From positions 58,466,001 through 58,530,000 of the forward strand of contig CM060733.1 in assembly GCA_030704615.1 (NCBI GenBank): a DNA stretch of 64,000 nucleotides, in the 5' to 3' direction. Position 1 is the stretch's first letter, and each line of letters opens with the position of its first letter. Below the pieces are notes generated by a model. That model was not told the origin of the DNA, did not search any database, and worked only from the letters and a program-made list of their open reading frames with translations. This DNA comes from Takakia lepidozioides (taxonomy: Eukaryota; Plantae; Bryophyta). Made by a program: the position numbers and the translations under genes. Of the stretch, positions 1-12,856 are shown piece after piece.

Positions 1-3000
1 TTGCACCCAGAAACATTGAAATGTTCAGCTCAAACAGTGTGCGTTGCCGCACACTGTCTGAGCTGGCAGTGAAGGGTTCATTTCACCCTCACACAGGTGC
101 CCCTGAAGTCCAAATTTTGCACCCAGAAACATTGAAATGCTCAGCTCAAACAGTGTGCGTTGCCGCACACTGTCTGAGCTGGCAGTGAAGGGTTCATTTC
201 ATCCTCAAACAGGTGCCCCTGAAGTCCAAATTTTGCACCCAGAAACATTGAAATGCTCAGCTCAAACAGTGTGCGTTGCCGCACTGTCTGAGCTGGCAGT
301 GAAGGGTTCATTTCACCCTCACACAGGTGCCCCTGAAGTCGAAATTTTGCACCCAGAAACATTGAAATGCTCAGCTCAAACAGTGTGCGTTGTCGCACAC
401 TGTCTGAGCTGGCAGTGAAGGGTTCATTTCACCCTCACACAGGTGCCCCTGAAGTCCAAATTTTGCACCCATAAACATTGAAATGCTCAGCTCAAACAGT
501 GTGCGTTGCCGCACACTGTCTGAGCTGGCAGTGAAGGGTTCATTTCATCCTCACACAGGTGCCCCTGAAGTCCAAATTTTGCACCCAGAAACATTGAAAT
601 GCTCAGCTCAAACAGTGTGCGTTGCCGCACACTGTCTGAGCTGGCAGTGAAGGGTTCATTTCACCCTCACACAGGTGCCCCTGAAGTCCAAATTTTGCAC
701 CCAGAAACATTGAAATGCTCAGCTCAAACAGTGTGCGTTGCCGCACACTGTCTGAGCTGGCAGTGAAGGGTTCATTTCACCCTCACACAGGTGCCCCTGA
801 AGTCCAAATTTTGCACCCAGAAACATTGAAATGCTCAGCTCAAACAGTGTGCGTTGCCGCACACTGTCTGAGCTGGCAGTGAAGGGTTCATTTCATCCTC
901 ACACAGGTGCCCCTGAAGTCCAAATTTTGCACCCAGAAACATTGAAATGCTCAGCTCAAACAGTGTGCGTTGCCGCACACTGTCTGAGCTGGCAGTGAAG
1001 GGTTCATTTCACCCTCACACAGGTGCCCCTGAAGTCGAAATTTTGCACCCAGAAACATTGAAATGCTCAGCTCAAACAGTGTGCGTTGTCGCACACTGTC
1101 TGAGCTGGCAGTGAAGGGTTCATTTCACCCTCACACAGGTGCCCCTGAAGTCCAAATTTTGCACCCATAAACATTGAAATGCTCAGCTCAAACAGTGTGC
1201 GTTGCCGCACACTGTCTGAGCTGGCAGTGAAGGGTTCATTTCATCCTCACACAGGTGCCCCTGAAGTCCAAATTTTGCACCCAGAAACATTGAAATGCTC
1301 AGCTCAAACAGTGTGCGTTGCCGCACACTGTCTGAGCTGGCAGTGAAGGGTTCATTTCACCCTCACACAGGTGCCCCTGAAGTCGAAATTTTGCACCCAG
1401 AAACATTGAAATGCTCAGCTCAAACAGTGTGCGTTGCCGCACACTGTCTGAGCTGGAAGTGAAGGGTTCATTTCACCCTCACACAGGTGCCCCTGAAGTC
1501 CAAATTTTGCACCCAGAAACATTGAAATGCTCAGCTCAAACAGTGTGCGTTGCCGCACACTGTCTGAGCTGGTAGTGAAGGGTTCATTTCATCCTCACAC
1601 AGGTGCCCCTGAAGTCCAAATTTTGCACCCAGAAACATTGAAATGCTCAGCTCAAACAGTGTGCGTTGCCGCACACTGTCTGAGCTGGCAGTGAAGGGTT
1701 CATTTCACCCTCACACAGGTGCCCCTGAAATCCAAATTTTGCACCCAGAAACATTGAAATGCTCAGCTCAAACAGTGTGCGTTGCCGCACACTGTCTGAG
1801 CTGGCAGTGAAGGGTTCATTTCACCCTCACACAGGTGCCCCTGAAGTCCAAATTTTGCACCCATAAACATTGAAATGCTCAGCTCAAACAGTGTGCGTTG
1901 CCGCACACTGTCTGAGCTGGCAGTGAAGGGTTCATTTCATCCTCACACAGGTGCCCCTGAAGTCCAAATTTTGCACCCAGAAACATTGAAATGCTCAGCT
2001 CAAACAGTGTGCGTTGCCGCACACTGTCTGAGCTGGCAGTGAAGGGTTCATTTCACCCTCACACAGGTGCCCCTGAAGTCCAAATTTTGCACCCAGAAAC
2101 ATTGAAATGCTCAGCTCAAACAGTGTGCGTTGCCGCACACTGTCTGAGCTGGCAGTGAAGGGTTCATTTCACCCTCACACAGGTGCCCCTGAAGTCCAAA
2201 TTTTGCACCCAGAAACATTGAAATGCTCAGCTCAAACAGTGTGCGTTGCCGCACACTGTCTGAGCTAGCAGTGAAGGGTTCATTTCATCCTCACACAGGT
2301 GCCCCTGAAGTCCAAATTTTGCACCCAGAAACATTGAAATGCTCAGCTCAAACAGTGTGCGTTGCCGCACACTGTCTGAGCTGGCAGTGAAGGGTTCATT
2401 TCACCCTCACACAGGTGCCCCTGAAGTCGAAATTTTGCACCCAGAAACATTGAAATGCTCAGCTCAAACAGTGTGCGTTGCCGCACACTGTCTGAGCTGG
2501 CAGTGAAGGGTTCATTTCACCCTCACACAGGTGCCCCTGAAGTCCAAATTTTGCACCCAGAAACATTGAAATGCTCAGCTCAAACAGTGTGCGTTGCCGC
2601 ACACTGTCTGAGCTGGCAGTGAAGGGTTCATTTCACCCTCACACAGGTGCCCCTGAAGTCGAAATTTTGCACCCAGAAACATTGAAATGCTCAGCTCAAA
2701 CAGTGTGCGTTGCCGCACACTGTCTGAGCTGGCAGTGAAGGGTTCATTTCACCCTCACACAGGTGCCCCTGAAGTCCAAATTTTGCACCCAGAAACATTG
2801 AAATGCTCAGCTCAAACAGTGTGCGTTGCCGCACACTGTCTGAGCTGGCAGTGAAGGGTTCATTTCACCCTCACACAGGTGCCCCTGAAGTCCAAATTTT
2901 GCACCCAGAAACATTGAAATGCTCAGCTCAAACAGTGTGCGTTGCCGCACACTGTCTGAGCTGGCAGTGAAGGGTTCATTTCATCCTCACACAGGTGCCC

Positions 3001-4250
3001 CTGAAGTCCAAATTTTGCACCCAGAAACATTGAAATGCTCAGCTCAAACAGTGTGCGTTGCCGCACACTGTCTGAGCTGGCAGTGAAGGGTTCATTTCAC
3101 CCTCACACAGGTGCCCCTGAAATCCAAATTTTGCACCCAGAAACATTGAAATGCTCAGCTCAAACAGTGTGCGTTGCCGCACACTGTCTGAGCTGGCAGT
3201 GAAGGGTTCATTTCACCCTCACACAGGTGCCCCTGAAGTCCAAATTTTGCACCCAGAAACATTGAAATGCTCAGCTCAAACAGTGTGCGTTGCCGCACAC
3301 TGTCTGAGCTGGCAGTGAAGGGTTCATTTCACCCTCACATAACAGACATCAAGACCAAATTTTGCACCCTAAAACATTGAAATGCTCAGCTCAAACAGTG
3401 TGCGTTGCCGCACACTGTTTGAGCTGGCAGCACAGTGTTCATTTCATCCTGACATAGGTGCCCCTGAAGTCCAAGTTTTGCACCAAGAAACATTGAAGTG
3501 CTCAGCTCAAACAGTGTGCGTTGCCGCACACTGTTTGGGCTGACAGTGAAGGGTTCATTTCATCCTCAAACAGGTGCCCCTGAAGACCAAATTTTGCACC
3601 CTATAACATTGAAATGTTCAGCTCAAACAGTGTGCGTTGCCGCACACTGTTTGGGCTGACAGTGAAGGGTTCATTTCATCCTCAAACAGGTGCCCCTGAA
3701 GACCAAATTTTGCACCCAGAAACATTGAAATGTTCAGCTCGAACAGTGTGCGTTGCCGCACACTGGTTGGGCTGACAGTGAAGGGTTCATCTCATCCTCA
3801 GAGAGGTGCCTCTGAAGTCCAAATTTTGCACCCTGAAACATTGAAGTGTTCAGCTCAAACAGTGTGCGTTGCCGCACACTGTTTGAGCTGGCAGTGCAGG
3901 GTTCATTCCATCCTCAGAAAGGTGCCCCTGAAGTCCAAATTTTGCACCCAGAAACATTGAAATGTTCAGCTCAAACAGTGTGCGGCGCCGCACACTGTTT
4001 GGGCTGGCTGGGAAGGGTTCATTTCACCTGCAGATAACTGACTCCAAGGCCAAATTTTGCACCCTACAACATTGAAAAGATCTGCTCAAACAGTGTGCGT
4101 TGCCGCACACTGTTTGAGCTGGCAGTGCGGGGTTCATTTCATCCTCAGAAAGGTGTCGTTGAAGGAAGAATTTTGCACCCTTAAACAGTGACATGTGCAG
4201 CTCAAACAGTGTGCGGCAACGCACACTGTTTGAGCTGCCGCTGAATGGTT
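1..4250. repeat. Tandem array of a 116-bp unit (~36 copies, runs off the window start), each with a 40-bp palindrome
   Basis: TTGCACCCAG recurs at 1, 117, 233. Each unit contains CAGCTCAAACAGTGTGCG-TTGC-CGCACACTGT(C/T)TGAGCTG (e.g. 26-65). Units are near-identical to ~3340 and more diverged from there to ~4240. Confidence 0.98.
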
Positions 4251-4257
4251 CTTTCTT

Positions 4258-4779
4258 TCACAAATACCTGCCATTGAAAGCCGAATTCTTCACAAATATG
4301 GGTCCTGTAGATTTTACCTTTTTCCTAGCTACTCGAGAAGACTCCCCAGTTGCCGGGGACCCTTTCCGCTTTGGGCTGCTCTCTTCGCCGACTATGTAGG
4401 TGAGCCTCTCCCCCTTCCTCTTTCCCGTGGTCAGATCGTTCGTGAGGCCAGTGTCAACATCTTCCTCCATGTCGTCTGTCTCTCCCTCAGACGCAGTGTC
4501 CTCCTCGCCTGTTCCTGGAACTATGGTGGGTTGTTGTTCTTCTCCAGATTCCTGCTCCTCCATCGCCACACTTTCCTGTATTCCCTCTTCTTCCTCCTTT
4601 TCCTCTTCCTCCACTCTTTCCATCCTCATTCTATATCTAGCTCTATTCCTGTTTCTAGAACTCGTGAAGTATAATGACTTCCTTCTCTTTCTCCTCCGCT
4701 GGAAACAAGGGCTCCCCACGATGCCCCTGGAGCTCTCCAGTTTGACGTTTGCAACAAGTGCTGGTATCGCATGTAACAA
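4258..4779 (-). CDS. N-terminal exon of the accessory gene of MULE copy 1 (basic NLS-like motif plus acidic tract)
   Basis: KLE..PC..RKRRKSLYFTSSRNRNR matches KLERVPCSVRKRRKSLYFTSLRERLR on the minus strand at ~14525-14605. Candidate GT donors lie at ~4317 (AAG|GTAAAA) and ~4267 (CAG|GTATTT), just before the array. Confidence 0.65.
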   Translation of the reverse strand: MLHAIPALVANVKLESSRGIVGSPCFQRRRKRRKSLYFTSSRNRNRARYRMRMERVEEEEKEEEEGIQESVAMEEQESGEEQQPTIVPGTGEEDTASEGETDDMEEDVDTGLTNDLTTGKRKGERLTYIVGEESSPKRKGSPATGESSRVARKKVKSTGPIFVKNSAFNGRYL

Positions 4780-5571
4780 AAATAAAAATGGACGTTGTCA
4801 ACCGTATTTGGATGCGGGTGTTGATATTGTGTGCGAACGGAATTCATCCATTTTGTCGTCTTTGTATTACCCAGCTAATAAAGCGCCGAAGAAAAAGAAC
4901 ATCCGTTGCATGCATTTGCGATATATGTCAGATGTACTTCGCCGCCTGCCAATACATGGCGGCCTCCTTGCCTTCTTTCAAATTCGAATGCGCCGTAGAA
5001 ATGTAGTGCTTTTTCAATTCCGAGCAGTTCTTCCAGATTCGCAATAATTGTTATGCTTCACATATGCATCCACGTGTGTTGTACTGCATGCCCTGTGGTT
5101 TTTTTTATGCCGTGACCGTCCCCATGGGGTCATTCGGTATAAAGGATTGTGTCGGATATGACCATGTGTTGCACACATTCGTGCGAGGTATCTCTTGGAG
5201 TGTCGGTGTTTGTTCTGTGCTATTCTGGCGCAACACAATCTCATTACAATCGGATCTTCCTGTTTACTGCTCTCCAGGGTTGTTGCCGTCATTTCATAAT
5301 GGATGGTTTCATGTCATTTTCAGGGTTTGTTTTCCATCCAAAAACAGTACGGCTTCTTGTGGCTCTGGTCTTTCAAAACGGTTTTTCTGGTTGGTGGGAG
5401 GTGAAGGTGCACGTCATCCCTACATCCTTGGCATGCATCGCCGGCAGCCTTTGGTTTGGTGCTACCCTTGTTGACCTCAGTTTGCTGGTGGTATTTCCAC
5501 TTTCGATAATTACGGGCTCTCAGTTCGGGGATTCCGTTCTGAATCGGCAGTTTCGTTCAGTGCTGGAAAAC

Positions 5572-8500
5572 ATGTCGAGGGAGCGAGATGCACTCGCTCG
5601 ATTCCATTCCAATGCAGGTACTCTTCCACTGACTGCCACTGCAGACGACGATGGGTATGCAGTTGTTCATGAGGATGAGCTGGTTACAGTGTTCCCGCTG
5701 GAGTTGGGTTCTCTGCTTGTTCAGAAAGAGGTGTATGACGAGGATGGGAATTTGGATTCTGGGCACTTGGAGAAACCCTTGGTTGGCGAGTGTGGAAGGA
5801 AGTGGAGAGTCCTTCCAGGAACATACCGTGTCCTTGGAAAAGAGAGAAGACAATCAGCAGGATCAGTCGTTACCCCTGGCACTGCAGCATCGGTCGTGCA
5901 ACAGAAGGGCACAGTTCCTGTGAAACAAGAGGTGAGCACATCCACTACCTTCGTTACTCTTTCGGACTCGTCCTCGGAGGATGTTTATGAGATTCCTCCG
6001 CCAGTGCAAACTCCCTTATTGGATGATGACGAATTGCAAGAGATACCAAGTGTCATTCCAAAATTGAAAGCCCTCGCAGGTGTGCCTGGGTGCAAGAGCG
6101 AGCTACGTTTTGTTGATTGGGAGTCCCTTCCAGTGCAACGGGTTCAATACGTGCCAGCTCAGTTTGATGGGGACATCTTGTTTAAGCTCAACCCTCCCAC
6201 GTCTTCCAATGGACTGGCTGGGCTTCTGCAGGGCATGGACAAGAAACATGACGGACATCCTTGGTGCAGGACAAAAACTTCGAACATCCATAACGACATT
6301 GGCTTGAAATTTCGGAGGTCGGTTTGCGTTGGGCATTGCAAGTGCCTGAATATTTCTTGCCCTCGGCTGAGAAACAGCGCTCAGCCAAACGAAAGTGAGT
6401 GGGAAGGTGTGCCCCTGAATCCTTTCACCCCAGGGCTTGCACCTCCCAAGACCAATACTTTTGTGTGCAGGTTCTGCAAACTTTCCCCGTCCTGTGTTTC
6501 TGTTTGCCACGCTCGTATGTATCAGGTGGCACATCGATGCAAGACAATGACTCGTGCCTGCATTCATATGGGTGCACACGAGCATCCTGTGTCCAAAGGG
6601 AGTTGCAGGGATAGCGTGGACATCGCTAGAAATCTACTGAAGCAAGAGTTCCATAATGCCCCTTCTGCAACACCTTCTGCTATAGCGCTTGCAGCTAGCA
6701 AGGCATTCCTGGAAAAACACATACTGGGTGAAGGGGATGCGACACAGCCAATGCTGGATGCAGATTCCCTTGAGGCAGTCATGGACCATTTCTCCGTGTT
6801 GAGCTCTCCCAATATTCGAAACCAGGTGAATGCACTCAGAATGGGCACATGCACTGCTGGATTCATGGACAACATTATGGACCTCAAACGGAGGAGTCGC
6901 TATGAATTCATTCAAAACAGTATCTTCCCTGGCCAGGGCTCGTCCAAAGTGTATTTGTTCAAGATGTCCGCTGTGGGCCAAGGCAGTGGTGTGAGCATTG
7001 TCCGCCGAATGCAACCTGGAGGAGATTTGGCTAAATGTTGGTTAATGTTTGATCACTGCAAACGGGTGAAGGGTTGGACAACCATGGCGTGCCATGTGTA
7101 TGATCCAGCGTACCAGCGTGTGCTCTCCATAGCAATTTGTGATATGCAGTCGGAGGACACTGAATCCCAGATGCTCATGTGGAATTCCCTCCTGACCGTC
7201 ATGCAGCGCAATGGAATACAGAACACAAATTTTGCGGGCTTCATGGCTGATAGTGCACAGGCAAATTTCAATGCAGTGCGGCGCGTGTTTGGTTCTGGGG
7301 ATCCTAAGGTCCCCATGGAAAATAGGGAGCGCACATGCCTCTTCCATTGGAGTCAATCTCTGGCACGTCATACAAAGCGCTGCATTCGCCCTGACCTTCA
7401 GTTGGAGCATAGAAGGCTCTGTCTGAAGTACAAGAATGCCACCTCAATGGGAGAAGCTGAGAGCACTTACCAGGCAATCCGGGCTTGGTGGTTCTCCGCT
7501 GGTGCTGCTACAGGTATCCACCTGAAGGAGTTGGAGGACTGGTTGGTTTTCTGGCACTTCAGGTACAGACAGTGGGGAGCTTTCATGACGACGGTAAGCC
7601 TCACAAGTTTTCCTTAAACACAAATTGCACTTTGCATCGTGCCTGTTCATTTGGGGTTGTTCGATTGTCACTTGAAGAACCTCTACCATTTCTTTTCCTT
7701 CCTCACATTTCCATGCAATGCCTCCTGCAGGACATGTCCTTGGAGGACTTGGCCGACATGCCATCGTGTAATTTGGCAGAGACTGTTCACAACGCCTGGA
7801 TGCAACAGTCTACCAAAGCAGGTCGTGACTTGTATGTGGCCACTGCTGATGACATGGTGCGGGCACTTACACAACAAACCAGGTACCGCAATTTTCTGAT
7901 GGGACGGGGTGGAGGGAAGGGCCCCGATTCGACTTTGTTGATGCTAAGGGCTGCGAGTAGGTCCGGAGACCCGTCAAAGATGGCCAGAGCTCTAAACAGG
8001 TGCACTGAAGGCTCCCCTCTGCAATCCAGGCTCCCCCATTTGGAAGGCGAGGAAAGATTTGGATCATGCAAAAGGAAATTAAACACTCTTCCGGTCAGAT
8101 GGAGATTCCCATAGGCCAGACAGGGTCAATTTCTCTGTGCCAAAGGTGTCTCCAGTGCAGACTAAGTCTTGTGCCAGGGGGACTCCAGCTCCAACATTCA
8201 CAGGGTTGTTCCGACCTTACCATAGTGGGGAGTCAAAAGAACACAAGTTTTGGTTCTGCCCAGACGATATGGCACGATGCGTGAAGGGAACAGTTCGTCC
8301 TTCCGTGATAATGAAGCCCCCTCCCCCCGCAATTTGGCCTGTGAAAATTGGGACATCGCTGTCCTCAACCGAGATAAGCATGCTGGAGGAGGGAGGGTTT
8401 TGTCTTGCACGGTCCCGGGTGGTGCCCTTATGCACTGTCGGCACAGATGTGCCACATGCTCCGACAATGCCTCCACCCGGTGCCGACTCCCACCCAACAA

Positions 8501-8919
8501 AAAGAGATGGAAAAACAGTGCGCCGTGTTGCTTCGGGTGCAGATCACGAATGCAAGATGGAATCGGCTAGAATTTTGCAGGCTACGGTGACTCGTATCAC
8601 CGAAGTCCCTTCCCCGGGGTATGGACGGATTTACACAGTGCTGTCAATTGGCTCAGTTCTTCATGCCAAAGAATATCAAGTTACCATTGGGAATTTCCCA
8701 TCGTGCACTTGTCCGGATTTTGTAACGATGCGTGAGGGCGCTCTCGGCATGAGAGGGAAGTGGGTCCCCTGCAAGCATCAATATTACATATACCTTGTAA
8801 TTATGTGTTGCGACGGTAAGAGAGACCAATTCATTCACCAAGCCACACTAGGCTACGGAGAAGTCATCACCCTTCTGCAGCGGGACACCTCGCGTAGAGC
8901 TCCGCCAACTTCTCTTTGA
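5572..8919 (+). pseudogene. MULE/Mutator-like DDE transposase with GCM-like N-terminal zinc domain and C-terminal SWIM finger; one intron, one frameshift near 8090
   Basis: Motifs DGHPWCRTKTSNI..CVGHCKCLNISC, MFDH, FMADSAQA, CLFHW, CNLAETVH, CTCPDF..PCKH. Phase-0 GT-AG intron at 7594-7730. Start at ATG 5572 is inferred from homology with copy 2. Confidence 0.85.
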
Positions 8920-9325
8920 ACACATACGAGCCATGCCCGCTTCCCATGCTGGTTTCCAGGTTGCCGTGTGAAGACTTTTCATTTTATGACAAACATATAT
9001 ATTTCGTTCACTTGTGAGGGCAAATGCACTTGCGATTCATTGTAAGCGTCTCTCTGTGAATTGAAATAAACTGTGTCAATCATTCTGAGCTCAAATCTGC
9101 CATGTTTACATATTCCTCTTTTTTGGCACGCATTGCAGACATGGTGCATGGTGGCCTCCTTTGTTTTGTCCACGGTAATAGGCCCTCTTCCTGCAATCCT
9201 CGCCTATAGGACCTGCTTCTCCAGCAGATTCATGCCGCTCACGCTTCCCTGAAGCGTGAGCTCAGCTCACGCTTCAAAGCTTGAACGTGAGCTCAGCTCC
9301 CAGGCTCACGGGGCTGGGCTCACGC

Positions 9326-10365
9326 CGTAGCTACGCTGCTGATATAGTTAAGGGTATCACATCCAACAACAGTCCTTACTCTCTAGAGGGGACAGTCTCT
9401 GCTACCTTGCGAGAGGAACAACAACGGGCTTTCAAAGCCCTTAACATCAGGGTCACTGGGAAGCTAGGGAACCTTGCAGAGGGGGACCCTCTTGGCGTGG
9501 CCACCACCCTTATTCAGCAACACCTTGCTCTACCACGGGGATCGAGTGGCATTGAACGGGCTTGGCATGCAGGAACTTCAGAGCACAAAGTCCTCTTCAT
9601 TCGATTCAAGGACAAAGGTGCTCGGGGATAGGGTCCTCAGATAGAAGCCTCAATTGAGAGGTCAGGGTACGATGATTTGACCCCCTTGCAATACAACGTC
9701 ATGCGGGTGCAACTCTTGCAGGTCAAGCAGGCTCGAGCACAGGGGCATTATGCCATGTACCGAGATGGGAGGGTAATTGTCCGAGAGCAAGAGCGTCGCC
9801 CCTCTAACTCTAAATAGGGATTGGGGCCCCATGAGACCAACACACGCTCACATCTACACATTGGCTCATGGAACTGTAATGGCTCATTCTGGAGCCACCC
9901 CCAAGGGCTTCTCGATATTCTTTCTAAGTGTGATGTTCTTTTTCTCTTGGAAACACATGCGTATGAAGGAAATGACCCACCTTCTATTCTTGGTTATAGC
10001 TTCTAGTCAGTGACTCGTCCACGTACAGGTCTCAAAGGATCTGGAGGAGTGGCTTGTTACTTTGCAGACTCGCTTCTCCCATCTATCTCATTTCCTGCAT
10101 ACAAAGATCCACTGGCAAGGTAAATTTGGTGTCACATAAAAGGCTACAACCCTCAACCAAACATCCTGCTGGCGGGATGTTATTTTGCTCCGGCTTCATC
10201 TCCGCACAGTGACCTACATATGCGAACATATTCGCCATATGTCCCATTGGAAGAGGATATGGCCCGTCTCCATACCCCACACACGAACATATTCTTGGAA
10301 CTGGAGATTTCAACGCCCGTACAGGATCACTACATGCCCCCACCTTCGACCTCGCGTGCTATGTT
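9326..10365 (+). mobile_element. LINE 5' part: ORF1-like remnant and AP-endonuclease N-terminus
   Basis: LHIGSWNCNG..DVLFLLETH (ORF 9821-10006), GSGGVA, and GDFNARTG at ~10303-10326, with stops. Confidence 0.8.
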
Positions 10366-10682
10366 CCTCTAGTACTCTTCATCGTTCAAAGGTGCCAGCA
10401 TCTCCGCATGGTTGTTCATATACTTCATATGCTGCTCTTGAAATGCCATGTGCTCTGGAGGGTAGTCGAGGTACCATCCACAGTCCCTGAAGTGGGCAGG
10501 ACTCCAGTCCCTCAAGATACCAGCTGTGTACATGGTGGGATCATTGGCAGGGTCGGACCACATGTCCAGGTAATCTGGGATTCCACTCGAGCGTTTTCCT
10601 TCCATCAGCACATATTTAGTGTACCTGTGGAGGCTCAAACAAACACCATCCCCCAAAACAAGATATCAAAAAGCAGAAGAAA

Positions 10683-10938
10683 GTGATGATCGGTGGCGAT
10701 CATCACTTTCACTTGAGAGAGAATGCAACATGGGTTGGGAAATCCTTATGATTATGTAGACTGCACAACTGGGAAATGTGATGGTCAGCACCGACCATCA
10801 CTTCATTCATCAGAAATAAACTGCCTATGATAACAGAGGCAAGATTAAGAATGGAAACATGGACATGATCTGCAGTATCCATTTGTTTGACTGGAGAATA
10901 TCAGAGCAATGGAAGTGATGATCGGTACCGACCATCAC
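10683..10938. repeat. Three copies of a 24-bp palindrome in the last intron of the ParB-like gene
   Basis: GTGATG(A/G)TC..GA(T/C)CATCAC starting at 10683, 10778 and 10915. Confidence 0.92.
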
Positions 10939-12856
10939 CAAACTGTTGTGTAGCAGAAAAGAAATATTAAGCTTTTCTCAATGAGGCATGACAAAATTTC
11001 AAAGAATGTGATGGATAGGCTTAAGGTACTGCACCTGTACACAACACGCATTATCGCCCACTCCCCTCCAACTTGACTGTCGAAATCGTTCGACCGCAAT
11101 ATGTTGCCATCCTTGGAGAACTCGCGGAAGAAACAGTACCGCCACGTGAGACCTTTTCACTTTCTAATGTACGCCTCCAAGGTCATATGTGGTGGTGAGA
11201 CCATCGAAATATTCAAGTCTTTCAAATTCTGCTCGAGGACAAGAATGGCGCGTTTCTCCAGCTGCAATGGGAACATGTATCAGAATTACGCATGACAAAG
11301 CTATAGGATAATTCATATACAACAGACACTTGAATCCACAAATACCCGACTCCAAAATATGGCCTTGTGAAGCCACTGATAAAAAACAATGTCACTTATT
11401 CCCTCGACCTTTGTACCAGGCTGGATTGTGCTTTTTGGGAACTGATTCAGATCCTTCACCGTCTAATCCGAGTTCCAAATCTCAAGCCATCTAACTTTTG
11501 TCTGGGGGTCGACCATAGAGAGAGCCAGCCTGTGCAATTTCTCATGTTGCATCTCTGGATGTATATATGCTTGTCGTAGTGGGATTTGATTTGGAGAAGG
11601 AACTCCTCCCCAAGTCCAAGATCCACTATTCTCAATTGCTTCAGGAAGGCGGACATCAGCTTCGTCCTCCTTATCTCGTACTCCTTCTTTATGGCTGCTC
11701 CAACACCTTTAGCAGTCCTCACCTCTTCTGTTGTAGTGCGGTAGTACTCAGATTTCCCCCTCTCGGCGGCCTCTGCCAGTTCTTGCTGCATGTAACAACG
11801 ATTGGATTAGAACACATACGATTGCAAATTTGTATTGAAGAAGATAGGAAGAAGTGGGTTGGGCCATACCGCATACATGTACTCCAGAAATGCATCTCGA
11901 GTCAACGAGTACCAGGTCCTTGCAGCTCTTCCTGTTTCACACTTCTTGATTACATCAGGATGTAGCACTGTGCGGAACTCATCAAGCGTCATCAAACCAA
12001 TTCTCTGAATACGGAATAGTGTGTGGACCAAACTCGTAATAACATGCGATTTCTCTGTCAATCTGCAAACAGGGAATACACATTGCATAGGCAAGAAATA
12101 TTTAAATATCGGACTTGAAATGCGTACAACATGCAATTTGAAAGGCAATGGGGTTTTTAGGATGTCCTACTTGTTCACGTCATGCATAGCTGTCAGAAGT
12201 CTCGCGATGTCGTTCCCAGGATCCAGAACATTGCCTCCACAGCACAATGCTTGTCCTTGTCTTTTGAATGGCGTTTCACAATGTACCCCATCCAAGCTAG
12301 CAAGCGATGGTTCCCGTCCCAGACATAGAACATGTGGTTGCAGAACTGCTGGGTGTTATGTCCAAGTAGCAGAGAGTCCTCGAACTCGTCATTCACATCC
12401 TTCGAGCAATCATCCCAGTTGTCCGTAATCTCTAGGCTCACTTTTGTGTTGTGACCATTAGTATCCTTCAGTGAGACGTAGAAAACGTGTGCACCCATTC
12501 TATACCCGTGCACGAAATCTGTTTCCAACTTGGTAATGTCATGCGAAAGTGGAGGACGAACAACAGGCATGGAGATCATCCGGCGCAGAGGGATTTCAAG
12601 ACGTCCTCTAGAGACGATCATGTCCCTAATAACCTCCTGGGAATTTACCTTTTGATATGACATAAGTTCTTTCACCTTGTCAAGGTAGTGCAATTCAGGC
12701 TCGTCTTCGTTGTTCTCAGAACTCTTCGTGGAGTCGTCCCCTTCTCCAGAGCCCTTTGCATCTGTTTCTCCCTGCTTAGACTTTACATTTTTCTGCATAC
12801 CCAAACCCACAAGAGCAACATTCAACTGGTGTTTTGGAAACAGACATTTTAAAATA

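Larger units (their letters stand above)
1..9330. mobile_element. Mutator-like element copy 1 (transposase, divergent accessory gene, palindrome array); left end outside window, right end approximate
   Basis: Same layout as 10369-19700. LINE sequence starts at about 9326. No TIR or TSD could be identified. Confidence 0.65.

Noticed and set aside
137-4224. Short ORFs within the 116-bp array
   Set aside because: By-products of the repeat. The unit length is not a multiple of 3 and stops recur in each unit.
1-4250. Centromeric satellite or 5S rDNA array
   Set aside because: No 5S-like sequence recognised. The position mirrors the intronic array of MULE copy 2. A centromeric role cannot be judged from sequence alone.
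5149-5571. N-terminal extension of the 822-aa ORF
   Set aside because: No similarity to copy 2. Homology begins after ATG 5572.
9236-9330. Helitron 3' end
   Set aside because: A hairpin is present but it is followed by GTAG rather than CTRR, and no Rep/helicase is encoded.
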